A stretch of DNA of 64,000 nucleotides from an uncultured Candidatus Poseidoniales archaeon (GCA_964389655.1 CAYMED010000009.1:1-64000); one strand, 5' to 3'; shown: positions 34,401 through 45,052, counted from the first letter of the stretch. Notes: a model not told the origin generated them from the sequence alone. A program made the numbers and translations.

Positions 34401-37400
34401 AGATCCATTAATGATGGCAACTGAATTATTGTCGACCTCAACTGAAAGCTGCATCTCAATCGGTGTTCCATTAGCAATCGCGGGCATGGAACCATTATTC
34501 GAAATAATACGGCCTTCGATTGTCATTCGACCGCCAGCAATAACTGGAGATTCGATTCTTTCAAAGATAATTTCCACCCCATCTTGGACCTTTATGCTGG
34601 TAAAATTATAGAATGTAGGCAAGAGAGTTGCCGATCCATTGTACATCATCCAAATCGTAGTTGGGCCTAAGGGGACATCCATGGGAACAAGTACTTCGAT
34701 CGTGTAAACACCACCCAAACCAGTAACATTGGCAGGTACTGTCAGCCAATGCGAATTGCCCAAACGAATCCCAATCTCCCCACCAATAACGGCTTGATTT
34801 GAGTCAGAGGACTCCACGAGAGTAACGGACAAATTCACCACACTCCCTCTAGTGAGAATCACTGCAGGATTTACAGATGGATTGACAAAGTCCGATACAC
34901 CACGCACATTAACAACAAGTGTGCCATTCTGATCGGGCAAAAATGGAATATTGTCATTTTCAACAACTTCAATTGCCAGTACTTTTGCACCGCTTGAAAT
35001 CGCACCACCTGGGCCTGTTGCTGTGAGCGTCAGATTGTAAAATCCACTGGGATCAGCAGAACCTGTGCCAATCTCGGTGCCAGGATTGTCTTGGAAATAG
35101 GCCCTCAAATCAACAGAACTGCCAACGGGCGTAGTCCCATCAGATGAGCGAACAACCTTTCCAGTTGCAACAAATGTAGTCAATGCAGTTACGGGATCAT
35201 GGTCGATTGAATCAATTATCACTGTGGAATCAACTTGGACCATGAGTTCAACGGTCGTATTGCTTCCCCACAAGCGACGTTGATCGGCATTTGAAGGATC
35301 GCCGGCATTGGCCCCATGATTGACAATTCCAGCGGTGTTATCTGCACAAATGATCTCAATGGTATAATTCCCCGGCTGTGCATTCACATCTAATGTTGTA
35401 TTAATCCATGCGAATCCGCTTTCACTCCCAGTCCAAGCTGATAAATCGAGTGGGATGTGAGATAAGATGAGGCTATCAGAATCCCTTGTAATCTGAATGG
35501 TGAGGGGCTCAGAAGGATTGGGCTGATTGGTCAAGGGATCGGTGTTGCGTACTTCAAGTGAAATTTGATCCCCATTTCTATGTACAATTCTAGTCTTATT
35601 CGCAACTAGCTTCACATTTCCAATCAAGCCAATCACATCATTATCAATCGTACCATCATAGAGGTCATATGGTGTATCAGTTACTTCAGTTTCCAACTCA
35701 AAATCATATACACCTGCTTGGTCAACGGGCATCACCAATTCAAGGAAAAACGTGCCATTACTCGAAAAGACGGAGCCTGAAACAGATCCGGTTGTCGCAG
35801 GAAATGTTGCTGAGATCGTGATTGTCTGAGGAGTTTGAACCGGCTGCCCATAGACCGAATCATTTACCGTACCATTGATCCAAACACTTTCAGATTGATT
35901 CGTCCAATCTCGCTCAATGCTATAGTTAACCACAAAGTCACCACTAACAACCAAGTCAAACTGCCCTTGACTTGCAAGGTAAAGAGTCGTTTTATTGTAA
36001 GTTACATTGACTGCATAGACACCAGGCAACCAATCCGACGCCAAGAGCCAATTAGGATCATATTGGCCAGTTGTTAAGCCAGTACCCGGCTGTGCATGAA
36101 CCCACGTGGTGTTTGTGGCATATGAAGTATTGAACCAACCAACTGCGGGTTCTACTAGCACCCCTCTGTGGTCTACAACAGTAACAGTTGCACAAGTTAC
36201 CGGGTCGCCACGGGCATGTTTGATGGAGGTGCAACCACCTGCGACATTGGCACTGATGGCCAAGGCTCCAACGAGCGTCTTTGTCAATTCAGTTTCATTG
36301 GTTGGGTCTGCTGGGTCATTAGTACGGAATATCAGTTTGAAGTCAATTGAGCCCGCTCCGGGGAACTGCTGAGCTAGTGTGGCATCTAGCAGTATAACTC
36401 CTTGGATCACGCCATTAGTGACTTGAAATGAGTGGGCGGGAACTCCACCAAATGGGTCCGTTCCATTGGTACGGACATGGATATCAATAGTACCGTTCAG
36501 ATCCGTAGGGGGCGTACCTTTCGTCTTGGCCGTCCCATTGATGTAGAAATGACTACCAACTTCAATGACTGAATTATCTGTCCCGGGTCCTTCAAGTGAA
36601 GTAATAATTAAACTTGGACCTTGCCGTATGTCAAACTCAAAGGAATAGTTGAGAGGAAGAATATGATAAGCGCCGGGGGTGCTTTGAGCATGCCATCCAG
36701 AGTGGGTGATGTAAGCATTCTTCAGGCCTGCACCCTCATTGGCACTAATTGCGACATTGAAGGTTGCAAAACCATCCGTAACAGTGGACGATAGGACCTC
36801 AATCCATCCACTTGGGGCAGCTAAAAGATCTGAAGATTCAAATCGAAGAGTGAGGGGCAATTGGGTTGTTTCATTGAGATTGTAAAAGGGCCCTTCGGCC
36901 CAAGATACTTGGACAATTAATTGAGTCGTATCATCAGCAGCCACAGGGACTGGAGTTGTGGAGGAAGGTGAGGCAAGGACGAGGGTTGTATTACTCGTTA
37001 CATTGAGCAATGGAGCGAGAACATGGACTTGCTCAAAGGCACGCCCATTTGCTGAATTCACGAGAATGAGTTTCGCTTCACCCGCTGCAATCATGCTAGA
37101 TGGGAGGCCAGTAAATTGGAATGATCCATCTGCAGCAGTTGTGAGTTTCGCCTGGATTTTATTAGAGACATTTCTGTGATCGGGATCGCCTGCAGATGCC
37201 GAAGGTACGAGCCATAGTTCAATATCGGTATCTGCAACAGGATCCGAGGTTCCTTGGAACATCAATTTCCCCTGCACATCCAAATCAATGGTCCCATCAC
37301 GACTAATGTTGACCACGTTGAGGTTGAGATTTGTAACTTCAATTGGATCAGGAGAAGGGCATGGATCCATCGGGACCCAGCCGAAGTCCTTTGTGCCCAC

Positions 37401-40400
37401 ACCAGCAGTCCCATCGCCCATCAAATGCACTTCACCCCAGTAGGTGTGATTATTGGAGTAAATTTCCCAGTTCCCAGCAGAGGTCTCAATGCCTCCACGA
37501 TAGCCACGCACCATACGAGAGGGGATCCCTGCCAAACGAGACATGGTTACAAATGCGGTTGCATAATCTTCGCACGTTCCATTACGGTTTACATCGAACA
37601 AATAGGCCACAATATCAATATTTAATGTCGTGTTTTGGCCTGCACCTGATGAATTAAGCGTAAATCTAGGATTCGAGTCCGACTTTAGCCAATTCGCCAA
37701 TGTCTTCGCTTGTTGATAAGCATCTGTAAAACCAAGACCGCCATTTGCAGCCGCAAGAACTGCATCAGTAGTGTTTTTCACAGTGGAATTCGGATTTGTC
37801 ATGTCAGTAAGGCTATTTGGCAACAACAAGAATGCATCATTCCACGCTTTACCTGCAGGGTCTGCTGTAGAATATGGGTCGGTCTGCTGCAAACGTGCAA
37901 GACTCGGAGTGAATGCCTGAGATTCGACATTCAGACGAGTAACTGCTGCTGTTGTTCCATTTACATCAAGCCCGCCGAGGAAATGCTCACGCTCGACATC
38001 TGCTGCTCCATCTATGATCGAAGAGATGAGTTCAGTACCCCATGGATGTGCAAGTTCGGCCGACAAGATGGGAATTGCATACTCCAACTGCCATGTGTAC
38101 ACATCATCAGATGTAGAAATTGTACCATCGAAGATCTCGGTCTCATTTCTCAAAGAAGTCGCATCAACAGATACAAGCATGGAGGGATCAACAGCGTAAC
38201 TTGCCCCCGTGTAGAAACCGCGTCGTTCCAATACCCAATGGGCCTCTGAAATAGAATCTGCCAATGCGTAGGCTTGGGAGGTATTTGCGTAGAAGAGAAG
38301 GGTGTTTAGGGCATTCGAATCATCAGACGGGTCGAAGGGATCTTGGGGCGGACAATCACCAGGGGTCATTCCGGGGATCCAACTTGACATAGGACATTCT
38401 TCACCATCGAGCATACCCCCATCATCGGTATCAGGATCACGCCAATCAGTTCCTGTGTAATTTTGCTCAACGGAATCGGGAATTCCATCGTTATCAAAAT
38501 CTGGCGGCAGAATGTCATCTCGAGGGTCAGTAGGATCGGTTATATCCCGATATTCAGTATTATCATCCACCCCACCTGAATCGGTATCGGGATTCGTGGC
38601 GTTTGTGACATAGAGGTCCTTCATCGGCAACCCTTGTTCAGTAATCCCTTGACTTACGAGGAGGCATCCAATGGATTCCTCAAAACTGTCAGTAAGACCA
38701 TCAAAATCACTATCAATCGAATTCACACAATAGCCATCGTTGTCCCATGTAGTTCCTCCAAGGAGGGTATTGTATGCTTGAGTCCCATTCATCACCTCCC
38801 AAAAGTCAGATTCACCGTCAAAATCAGAGTCAGCGTCACTTATATTTGTGCTATGCACAATTTCTTGAAAATCTGAGAGACGATCGCCATCTGAATCTTT
38901 GTAATCATCATCACAGTACGAACTATAAGCCGAAAGAGAACGACCAGGCCTAGATTCATACCAACACCATGTATTGTTGGTGAAATACAATTCAGTAGCA
39001 CTACCAGGGTCAACCGTAACGTCGATTGAAGAGAGGGCCTTGAGGCTTGGAGTCATGGGATTGTACGGTATTGAAATGTTATTGGGCGTTTTGGCCACAC
39101 CACCCCCATACTGATCCTCATACGGATTAACAAGGACGGTCGTATTGAGTTCTAGACGCCAAACTCCACCCCCTTGATTCGTTTTTGTGACAATCTGCAC
39201 GGTCCAGTTAATGATAGAATCACAAGGATCGTAGCCCGTTGTATTTTCCTCCCACCCATCAAAGCGACCGCCTCCATCGGAATCAGGATTTAGCCAATCC
39301 AAGGTGCAACTGTGATTTTTTGCTGTGCGGTTTTCATACCAATTCGGTAGGCCATCTTTGTCAGAATCATTGTTATCTTCAACCCACATTGGATCTGTTT
39401 CTCCTGAATCAATGATTCCATCAGCGTTCAAATCTTCCTCGCCGTCTTTGAGACCATCTTCGTCGCTGTCGGGGTGGATCGGATTACTGGGGGTATCTCG
39501 GCCAGGTCCATATTGGCCAGTCAACTCAATGTAATCATCAACACCATCTCCGTCAGTATCATTGGCCGTAGGGTCCGTACCATTCTCAACTTCAGCACCA
39601 TCGATCAAATTGTCATTGTCGTTATCGGGGTCAAGGGGGTCTGTTCTAGTGAGTAAGTCCACTTGTGCTTTCGAGTCAGAGCAGCCATTGCCGCCAAAAT
39701 TCACGGGCCAAGGCTTGCAGAACTGCGGAGCATCAGTGCCGTTGTATTTAGGCCAGGTACGGGAAGAGTTTTGAGGATATCCTGATGTATACTGTGCAGT
39801 AGACCAAACGGGATTCATATATTCCTCAATATTGGAAAGGCGATCGGAGTCAGGGTCACCTAATGAGCCATTAATTCCAAATGGGTCAATGGGATTGAGA
39901 CCTGCATTGATTTCCCATTTATCATCCATGCCGTCCCCATCAGTGTCCCAACCTGCAACATCCTCGTCAACATTCGGTTCACCTGCATCTGGGAACCCGT
40001 TTGATTCACCACTATCGAACGTATTTGCAATACCATCTTCGCCAAGGTCATCAGTCAGAGAACTCCAATCACCGTCATCATCAATGTTTCCATCTTGATC
40101 AGCATCGCCCCATGGGTCATTGTCCACCCATGAAGGAGAAGGGCGCTTTTTGACCATGTTTTTTGATTCATCTACTTGATTCGTGGGCGCAGTCCCATTC
40201 CAATTGACCCCGTGGTCAAGTTTTCCATTTCCGTTTCCCGTGACACCCCCATATGTAACTGAAGAGCGATCATCCACTTCCATTTGTGCCCCGCCGGGCC
40301 GCAATGAATTGTAGCGATATTCGTCAATATTTGACAACCCATCATTATCGGGATCGCCACTGGCCCCATGGCTGCCAGTGCTATCCCACGGGTTAAGGCC

Positions 40401-40712
40401 CCAGTAGTATTCCCAACCGTCAGGTAGGCCATCATTATCGCTATCAGGATCGGAATCAGAAAGCGGAAATGAAGGGGCTGTGAGCGAGGAAAACCGACTC
40501 TCAATCACTGCAGTAAGACCATCCTGATCGCCATCTGCAGAGGTAACTTTTGGGTATGTTCTTGCAGCTGTAGATAAGAGACTGAATGATGACAACAAAA
40601 ACAGGGCGGCGAGTAAAATTGGCCTCAACTGTTCAGGACCAAAGCGCTGAACCGGGGAAGACGTATGCTGCGGCGCCATGGCTAACCCATAGTGGACCCA
40701 ACGAAGAGGCAC
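31413..40712 (-). CDS. Giant (3099 aa) surface protein: Ca-binding DxDxDG repeats, transglutaminase-like domain, Ig-like stalk, TM, C-terminal DUF4129
   Basis: Signal-like N-terminus; many DSDxDGxxDxxE motifs; GTCEDYATAFVTMSRLAGIPSRMVRGY..WGEV..GWVPMDP; repeated G.L.D..G.P beta modules; TM; ETVREF..FEEARYS; start may be 40679. Confidence 0.88.
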   Translation of the reverse strand: MPLRWVHYGLAMAPQHTSSPVQRFGPEQLRPILLAALFLLSSFSLLSTAARTYPKVTSADGDQDGLTAVIESRFSSLTAPSFPLSDSDPDSDNDGLPDGWEYYWGLNPWDSTGSHGASGDPDNDGLSNIDEYRYNSLRPGGAQMEVDDRSSVTYGGVTGNGNGKLDHGVNWNGTAPTNQVDESKNMVKKRPSPSWVDNDPWGDADQDGNIDDDGDWSSLTDDLGEDGIANTFDSGESNGFPDAGEPNVDEDVAGWDTDGDGMDDKWEINAGLNPIDPFGINGSLGDPDSDRLSNIEEYMNPVWSTAQYTSGYPQNSSRTWPKYNGTDAPQFCKPWPVNFGGNGCSDSKAQVDLLTRTDPLDPDNDNDNLIDGAEVENGTDPTANDTDGDGVDDYIELTGQYGPGRDTPSNPIHPDSDEDGLKDGEEDLNADGIIDSGETDPMWVEDNNDSDKDGLPNWYENRTAKNHSCTLDWLNPDSDGGGRFDGWEENTTGYDPCDSIINWTVQIVTKTNQGGGVWRLELNTTVLVNPYEDQYGGGVAKTPNNISIPYNPMTPSLKALSSIDVTVDPGSATELYFTNNTWCWYESRPGRSLSAYSSYCDDDYKDSDGDRLSDFQEIVHSTNISDADSDFDGESDFWEVMNGTQAYNTLLGGTTWDNDGYCVNSIDSDFDGLTDSFEESIGCLLVSQGITEQGLPMKDLYVTNATNPDTDSGGVDDNTEYRDITDPTDPRDDILPPDFDNDGIPDSVEQNYTGTDWRDPDTDDGGMLDGEECPMSSWIPGMTPGDCPPQDPFDPSDDSNALNTLLFYANTSQAYALADSISEAHWVLERRGFYTGASYAVDPSMLVSVDATSLRNETEIFDGTISTSDDVYTWQLEYAIPILSAELAHPWGTELISSIIDGAADVEREHFLGGLDVNGTTAAVTRLNVESQAFTPSLARLQQTDPYSTADPAGKAWNDAFLLLPNSLTDMTNPNSTVKNTTDAVLAAANGGLGFTDAYQQAKTLANWLKSDSNPRFTLNSSGAGQNTTLNIDIVAYLFDVNRNGTCEDYATAFVTMSRLAGIPSRMVRGYRGGIETSAGNWEIYSNNHTYWGEVHLMGDGTAGVGTKDFGWVPMDPCPSPDPIEVTNLNLNVVNISRDGTIDLDVQGKLMFQGTSDPVADTDIELWLVPSASAGDPDHRNVSNKIQAKLTTAADGSFQFTGLPSSMIAAGEAKLILVNSANGRAFEQVHVLAPLLNVTSNTTLVLASPSSTTPVPVAADDTTQLIVQVSWAEGPFYNLNETTQLPLTLRFESSDLLAAPSGWIEVLSSTVTDGFATFNVAISANEGAGLKNAYITHSGWHAQSTPGAYHILPLNYSFEFDIRQGPSLIITSLEGPGTDNSVIEVGSHFYINGTAKTKGTPPTDLNGTIDIHVRTNGTDPFGGVPAHSFQVTNGVIQGVILLDATLAQQFPGAGSIDFKLIFRTNDPADPTNETELTKTLVGALAISANVAGGCTSIKHARGDPVTCATVTVVDHRGVLVEPAVGWFNTSYATNTTWVHAQPGTGLTTGQYDPNWLLASDWLPGVYAVNVTYNKTTLYLASQGQFDLVVSGDFVVNYSIERDWTNQSESVWINGTVNDSVYGQPVQTPQTITISATFPATTGSVSGSVFSSNGTFFLELVMPVDQAGVYDFELETEVTDTPYDLYDGTIDNDVIGLIGNVKLVANKTRIVHRNGDQISLEVRNTDPLTNQPNPSEPLTIQITRDSDSLILSHIPLDLSAWTGSESGFAWINTTLDVNAQPGNYTIEIICADNTAGIVNHGANAGDPSNADQRRLWGSNTTVELMVQVDSTVIIDSIDHDPVTALTTFVATGKVVRSSDGTTPVGSSVDLRAYFQDNPGTEIGTGSADPSGFYNLTLTATGPGGAISSGAKVLAIEVVENDNIPFLPDQNGTLVVNVRGVSDFVNPSVNPAVILTRGSVVNLSVTLVESSDSNQAVIGGEIGIRLGNSHWLTVPANVTGLGGVYTIEVLVPMDVPLGPTTIWMMYNGSATLLPTFYNFTSIKVQDGVEIIFERIESPVIAGGRMTIEGRIISNNGSMPAIANGTPIEMQLSVEVDNNSVAIINGSLFGNDGDRFNLTITLPNDLKNGTHWISVTTPAVTNYLTTQTNGTTFQNRGYTTIAFLDPLDGGVHRYVRGQNISVNITLRDNAGDPLSDVQVNVSLADGEEMVLNGTTDLSGRVSITIPLPNVTKAGSLTIMTWWNGSNGADGLDGSQGTTTVLVLVPTSIQLDPMPTLAIANESVTISGHIFDEHGNLLLDAEDSHNQSDALLHLWIDGVDTGLVARSNSSTGAFSFDYLIPLDTQPGPITVDVRFLGGYIHETPYSSGDIDNPEYHLKSNASDVFDVHIRTFLSITSESASVDRGDFFYANGTLVDEFGRQIAGATLQIYLGDTNPGDLIDTTTTDASGNFAFQSVVSSTQQLGDARLIIIYLQNGYHLGSQDENNWTIFSPVALTADGPSQALAIGESLRLVGTVGDNVGQPIQSYWAGPSNYTLEVHFAGVTKTIDVSDRNWSIDLVIPEGMASGTHIAFINATQQGWYRAASVSVQVIVAHKTEITFNLDSADIDRGQWWHITGTLRDLDAANSPLENRPLVVRLDGELIIPVDSTGFVINNPETGENGTIDLWVRTTQLTTRGEHVLTVEHLGNVTLLATHSNMTGIVWAYVSFDDIESINPQVVRSDPGAPLRVTGRISEVGGNESPISDVPIRLESWGLALDSIDNATWLADRFSIVAIAPEWIAMNSTYLAYELHFAGDASQYLRPANYTVKPQECEDSGISGSVSRGDCTFIQFKVDYQIIVEKVVHASTNPEEMTIRGRVILTANDTGEPISGFELIVRLSNESTVEPWNITKTYATDAAGSASFLFGETASPPYSHPMYDLRLSIDSEDQRIAKTSRFFLDAAGRNSPVVVESPPPETHPERWAAAAVIVLGVIGYAAARILKKRRSNVASELGDIMSYTAELLASGDDIREAIFNCYEQMCIVLMRHRFLRRDFETVREFELAIRKALPIKEDSLIALDRMFEEARYSKHEMLRSDFEQARSSLKDVVDEIDGMDAGGVPSR

Positions 40713-40767
40713 TTAAGCGAAATGGAACGGCGTTCGGACAACTCGCGTGAATTAGCGAAAAAAACGA

Positions 40768-43713
40768 TCACTCAAGTCCAAACAAGTCATCATCCAGATC
40801 ATCAAGGTCCGCAGAGACATCCGTGTGATCTCCTCCAACTGGATCGGGAAGATTACCACCCTCACCCTTAGGGGTCGGACTTACAGAATCCCTGCTGGAG
40901 GGATCTGCAATCGCACCCCCACCTCCGCGCCCACCCAGCATTGCTTTGGCCGCGATGACCGCAACCAAACCACCTGCAAGCAACCATGTTGTTGGGCGCG
41001 GATTCTTTGCCTCACACATCAGCCCTGCAAGACCGCCAGAAGATTCAACCAAAATACGGAGGTTTTGCACCTCATCAGAATCATCACCATAGGCGACCTT
41101 AGTCGAAACAGGGTGTGCACGCACGGGAAGAACGACCTCCTCACCTGCCCGTGCGCAATTTGGAGACATTACCGTGGCCTTGAATGATTGAGTTACGCCT
41201 GGCCCCAAACTGATGAATTCAGGTTCAACTGTAATAATCCAGCCCACAGGGGGAGGATCTGCTGAAAGGATGTAATTCTCAGGGGAATTTCCATCATTCC
41301 TCAGAGTCATCTCATATGTTCTAGACGCACCTGCAACCATGGGGTCATTTGCCGTACTCTGAAGTATTCGAACTGCAGGAGCACCATGCTCTACTTCCAC
41401 CAAGAGGCCGAGGACAAAGGCACGCGAGGGATCAGTTTCATCCTCAAATCGGATCAAAATGCGATGGTGCCCCGCCAGAGCATTTTCTGAGGGAAGGACA
41501 TCAATCCAAATCTCCTGGCTCTCTTCTGGCCCAACCACGATTGGACCTTGGAGGGGATCACTGCGGTTTTGCCCATGGAAAGTGAAAGACCACTGTGTAT
41601 AGTCCTCATTGCCTGCAAAATTCTCAGAGATGTCTTCGGGGCGGATAATATTCCAGCGAACAGGGTCCCCCGAGATGCGGGTACTCTTGGCCGCAAGGCG
41701 GAATTGCGCGTCATCCACACCTGCTGTTAATCCACTTACATTTCCCAAAGGAGTGGATGTATCCGAATCATACACAGGCTGAACCCATAACCCATAGGTT
41801 CGTTGTATTGTAAATGCAATCTCAGAAGTGAAAGTGAGGTTGTCAGAATTGACAACTTCAAAGGTGATTTTCTCGATATCAGATGCCGCCTCAACTTCAA
41901 GGGCTTTGATGACAAAGCGGATCACAAGGTCGTCAAATCGCTTAACTTCGGGCGTAAGGTAGGTGTTGACCGTATTGGCTTCACGCTCAATGCGCGTCCC
42001 TGTTGAATCGACGAAAAACGAAATGCTGATCCAATCTGGCATCCGGAAATCAGTCAATTGAAATGCATCGGTTTCATAGCCAGCATTGAAGATCGTGAGA
42101 TAAAATGCAGTCTCATTTCCGGCTTCAACCGGGTGGGGTATTGAATCATCAAATGTTTCAGAAGTGGTGTTGGCAATTGTCTGAGTCCGGTCTGAATCAA
42201 GATGTATCGATACAACGGGTGCTGCATGAACATCGACCTTCCGCATAGGGAGATCAAGATCATGAGATTGGACAATCTCGGGATCAATGATCCCATCTGA
42301 ATCTGAATCGGCCCGGACCTTAATTCGTACTTTGAAAGTTGAATCCTCATCATCCAACTCCGTGAGGTCCTCCGGGGCAGTGATGTCGAATAGAGCAGTA
42401 GCAGTTGTATCAGTAGGACCCAATGAGAACGCAGAAGGCGGCTCATGAATCGTCCATTCACCGCTAAATTCATCGATATAAGTCACCTCTACTTCCTGAT
42501 TTAACTCTTGATCGCCGACATGCTGCATGAGAACTTCCAATGCAATTTGTTGCCCGGGTGGAATGTGTATCACTTCAGATGAGGCATTTGCACGCACGCC
42601 AAAACGCTCAATCGTAATGGGATCGGGTAGTCCATCTTCATCAAAATCACGGTCAATGACGATCAGGTTTCCACGCTGGTCACGAAGCGACAACTCAACG
42701 AGATAGTCACCTGCTCGTTGCCCTCTTGAATAAGTCCATTCGACCGAATGAGTGAGGGAATTCCCCTCACGCACCAAATCATCAGGGTCGATATGTCGCT
42801 CAGTTGCAGGCAATATTTCCTCATCTAGCGGACCACCACGGACAGAAAGGTCGACCGAGTGCAAGTCTTCACGACCAAAGGCGCTATGAACGTCAATTCG
42901 GAGTAAAATTGTGCGCAGGTCATCCGAATCATTAGGATGGAATTGGCTAACCTGATCTTCTTCCCAGCGATAACCTGGCCGATGTATTTTCACTTCACTT
43001 GATTCCAAGGCATTCGTTGTAAACATCAAGCGAGAGAACTGATTATCATCCTCTAGATCACCCCATGCAACATCTGCAGAACAATCGCCAAATCCAGGAG
43101 CGGGACTGCTTCCTGTCGAAGAGCAGGTTGTCTCTGCTTCAACCAACAAAATGAGTTGTTCGCCAGAAAGGGCCGATTCAGTTTCCTTGCCTGGTGCAAA
43201 AAGCAGGTCGAGAGGCGTTTGCACAAACGGGCAAGAGCCAAATTGGTTACAAGAGGAGACTTCTTTCTCTGCATCAGCAATCTCCCGTCCATCTACTTGA
43301 AGACTAAATCGAAAAGTTGCAGTGGAATTAGAACCCCTATGGCGCAAGAAAATGAACAATTGCATGCCTTTTCGATCTGTACCAGATATTTTCTCACCAA
43401 CGATCTCGATATCCGCGCCCAAATCGGGGCTTCGGAACTCTAATTCCTCCGCAGAGACATCTCCCGTGAACTGACTGCTCGCCGAAGATGGTTCAACGGT
43501 CGACAAGAAGCCATCCCCACCTGCTGCCGTATCTTTCTCTGCCAAGTGCAAGACATAATCATGCTGAGATCCCGCAACTGGCATAATCTCATCAGAAATC
43601 AGAGGTGTCAATGGCGCCTTGCCTGTTGGAATTAAAGCCAACGCAGGAGCGGTTAGGAAAAGAGCTAGTACCCACAGAGCACTACGAAAGCCATACCTTC
43701 CGCCGCCGTCCAT
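40768..43713 (-). CDS. Exported membrane-anchored protein with NEW3/Ig-like modules
   Basis: Signal peptide, modules such as IFNAGYETDAFQL and LRNDGNSPENYILSA, C-terminal TM and acidic tail. Confidence 0.75.
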   Translation of the reverse strand: MDGGGRYGFRSALWVLALFLTAPALALIPTGKAPLTPLISDEIMPVAGSQHDYVLHLAEKDTAAGGDGFLSTVEPSSASSQFTGDVSAEELEFRSPDLGADIEIVGEKISGTDRKGMQLFIFLRHRGSNSTATFRFSLQVDGREIADAEKEVSSCNQFGSCPFVQTPLDLLFAPGKETESALSGEQLILLVEAETTCSSTGSSPAPGFGDCSADVAWGDLEDDNQFSRLMFTTNALESSEVKIHRPGYRWEEDQVSQFHPNDSDDLRTILLRIDVHSAFGREDLHSVDLSVRGGPLDEEILPATERHIDPDDLVREGNSLTHSVEWTYSRGQRAGDYLVELSLRDQRGNLIVIDRDFDEDGLPDPITIERFGVRANASSEVIHIPPGQQIALEVLMQHVGDQELNQEVEVTYIDEFSGEWTIHEPPSAFSLGPTDTTATALFDITAPEDLTELDDEDSTFKVRIKVRADSDSDGIIDPEIVQSHDLDLPMRKVDVHAAPVVSIHLDSDRTQTIANTTSETFDDSIPHPVEAGNETAFYLTIFNAGYETDAFQLTDFRMPDWISISFFVDSTGTRIEREANTVNTYLTPEVKRFDDLVIRFVIKALEVEAASDIEKITFEVVNSDNLTFTSEIAFTIQRTYGLWVQPVYDSDTSTPLGNVSGLTAGVDDAQFRLAAKSTRISGDPVRWNIIRPEDISENFAGNEDYTQWSFTFHGQNRSDPLQGPIVVGPEESQEIWIDVLPSENALAGHHRILIRFEDETDPSRAFVLGLLVEVEHGAPAVRILQSTANDPMVAGASRTYEMTLRNDGNSPENYILSADPPPVGWIITVEPEFISLGPGVTQSFKATVMSPNCARAGEEVVLPVRAHPVSTKVAYGDDSDEVQNLRILVESSGGLAGLMCEAKNPRPTTWLLAGGLVAVIAAKAMLGGRGGGGAIADPSSRDSVSPTPKGEGGNLPDPVGGDHTDVSADLDDLDDDLFGLE

Positions 43714-43833
43714 ACCTGAAGGACTCCTTGAGCCTAACTTGAATCCATCCCTGCCGCGGACTGGGTCAACGCACTATTTGGCGAAATACAACCGACGCGA
43801 AAAGAGAAGGGCTGACCCCCCCTCGCCCCCCGT

Positions 43834-43918
43834 GCAGGGGTGGCTGAGCTAGGTTAATGCGCCGGACTTAAGATCCGGTTCCGAAGAGGTATCGCGGGTT
43901 CAAATCCCGCCCCCTGCA
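43834..43918 (+). tRNA. tRNA-Leu (anticodon UAA)
   Basis: Acceptor GCAGGGG/CCCCTGC+A, anticodon arm CCGGA-CTTAAGA-TCCGG, long variable arm, T arm GCGGG-TTCAAAT-CCCGC; CCA not encoded. Confidence 0.96.
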
Positions 43919-43924
43919 CCCAAT

Positions 43925-44938
43925 TCACCGCCATCCCGCTTCGATGGCAGAACGCGCCCCATCTACGATGGAGGATTCAACAGGAGTCCATTCCACTCCC
44001 AACTCTTTATTCGCAGGACTGGAATCGTATTCACACGAAGTACCAACATTGCGTTTAACCCACCCCACACTGATTTGCGGATGAAAAATGGATACCACAT
44101 AACTCAATGACTTCGGTAAGATCAGACGAGGCCATTTCCTGTCCGGAATTTGCTTGCGCAGTACTGCATTCACCTCTGGCATCCACATTGAGGTGTTGAA
44201 CACGATATACCGCCCCCCATCCCTGCCTTTCGTCAGCGCGCGTACATGTGCAGAGGCCACATCTCGAACATCAACGATATTCATGTGCATTTTCAGCAAT
44301 ACTGCCGGTTTTCTCTTAAGAAGGTGGTCAATGACGGCCATCGAACCCTTCAGGTGCCGCTTAGACATGACTGGGCCAAAGACGATGGAAGGATTAATCG
44401 AGACATATCGAGGTCGTTCAGCGTCTGGTTTCGACGCAATCCAGTCTCGAACTAATCTTTCGGCACCCGCTTTGGCAAATCCATACGCATTGCATTCCAC
44501 CGATGCATCATCACACCAGTCCTCGTTTGAAAAGGTCTGGCCATTCTTCGACGCATTTCGACGTATTGCAGCCACAGAGGAGGTGTGGATGAAGCGCGAA
44601 ATTCCACCGCCAGCATCAATTGCATCAAGTAAGTTCTGCGTACCTTGAATCGATGGATCAACAACATCCCGTTGCGGATCCATGGCACCAATATAGAGAA
44701 CCGCTGCGCAGTGGATGACATCTACACAACCCGCAACTGCAGCATCCACAGACTCTCTTTCCAACAGATCCATTTTCACAATCCTAAGGTTCTCTGCGCC
44801 GGGCAATCCCTTCAGGTGTTCGGCATTCTCCGGATTTCGCACCGTTGCACGAACTGAATGCCCTTGTACCAACAATTCACGAACAACATGTGATCCAATG
44901 AAGCCGGCCGCTCCAGTGACCAATACGGCACCAGCCAT
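43925..44938 (-). CDS. NAD-dependent epimerase/dehydratase (dihydroflavonol reductase-like extended SDR)
   Basis: VTGAAGFIG, HTSSVAA, YGFAK, VDVRDVA. Confidence 0.92.
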   Translation of the reverse strand: MAGAVLVTGAAGFIGSHVVRELLVQGHSVRATVRNPENAEHLKGLPGAENLRIVKMDLLERESVDAAVAGCVDVIHCAAVLYIGAMDPQRDVVDPSIQGTQNLLDAIDAGGGISRFIHTSSVAAIRRNASKNGQTFSNEDWCDDASVECNAYGFAKAGAERLVRDWIASKPDAERPRYVSINPSIVFGPVMSKRHLKGSMAVIDHLLKRKPAVLLKMHMNIVDVRDVASAHVRALTKGRDGGRYIVFNTSMWMPEVNAVLRKQIPDRKWPRLILPKSLSYVVSIFHPQISVGWVKRNVGTSCEYDSSPANKELGVEWTPVESSIVDGARSAIEAGWR

Positions 44939-45052
44939 GATTTCGACATCAAGAGGCTCCCCATCAATGAATCGTTACAGCTGTTATTCATGTATGCAGT
45001 AATCATACCACGTGAGCGATGGAATAACTATTGAAGACAATCAGTTAAGCAA

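Noticed and set aside
31468-40504. Numerous 60-180 aa ORFs antisense to or nested in the giant gene (and similarly within other long CDSs)
   Set aside because: They lack motifs and fully overlap well-supported genes; treated as shadow ORFs.
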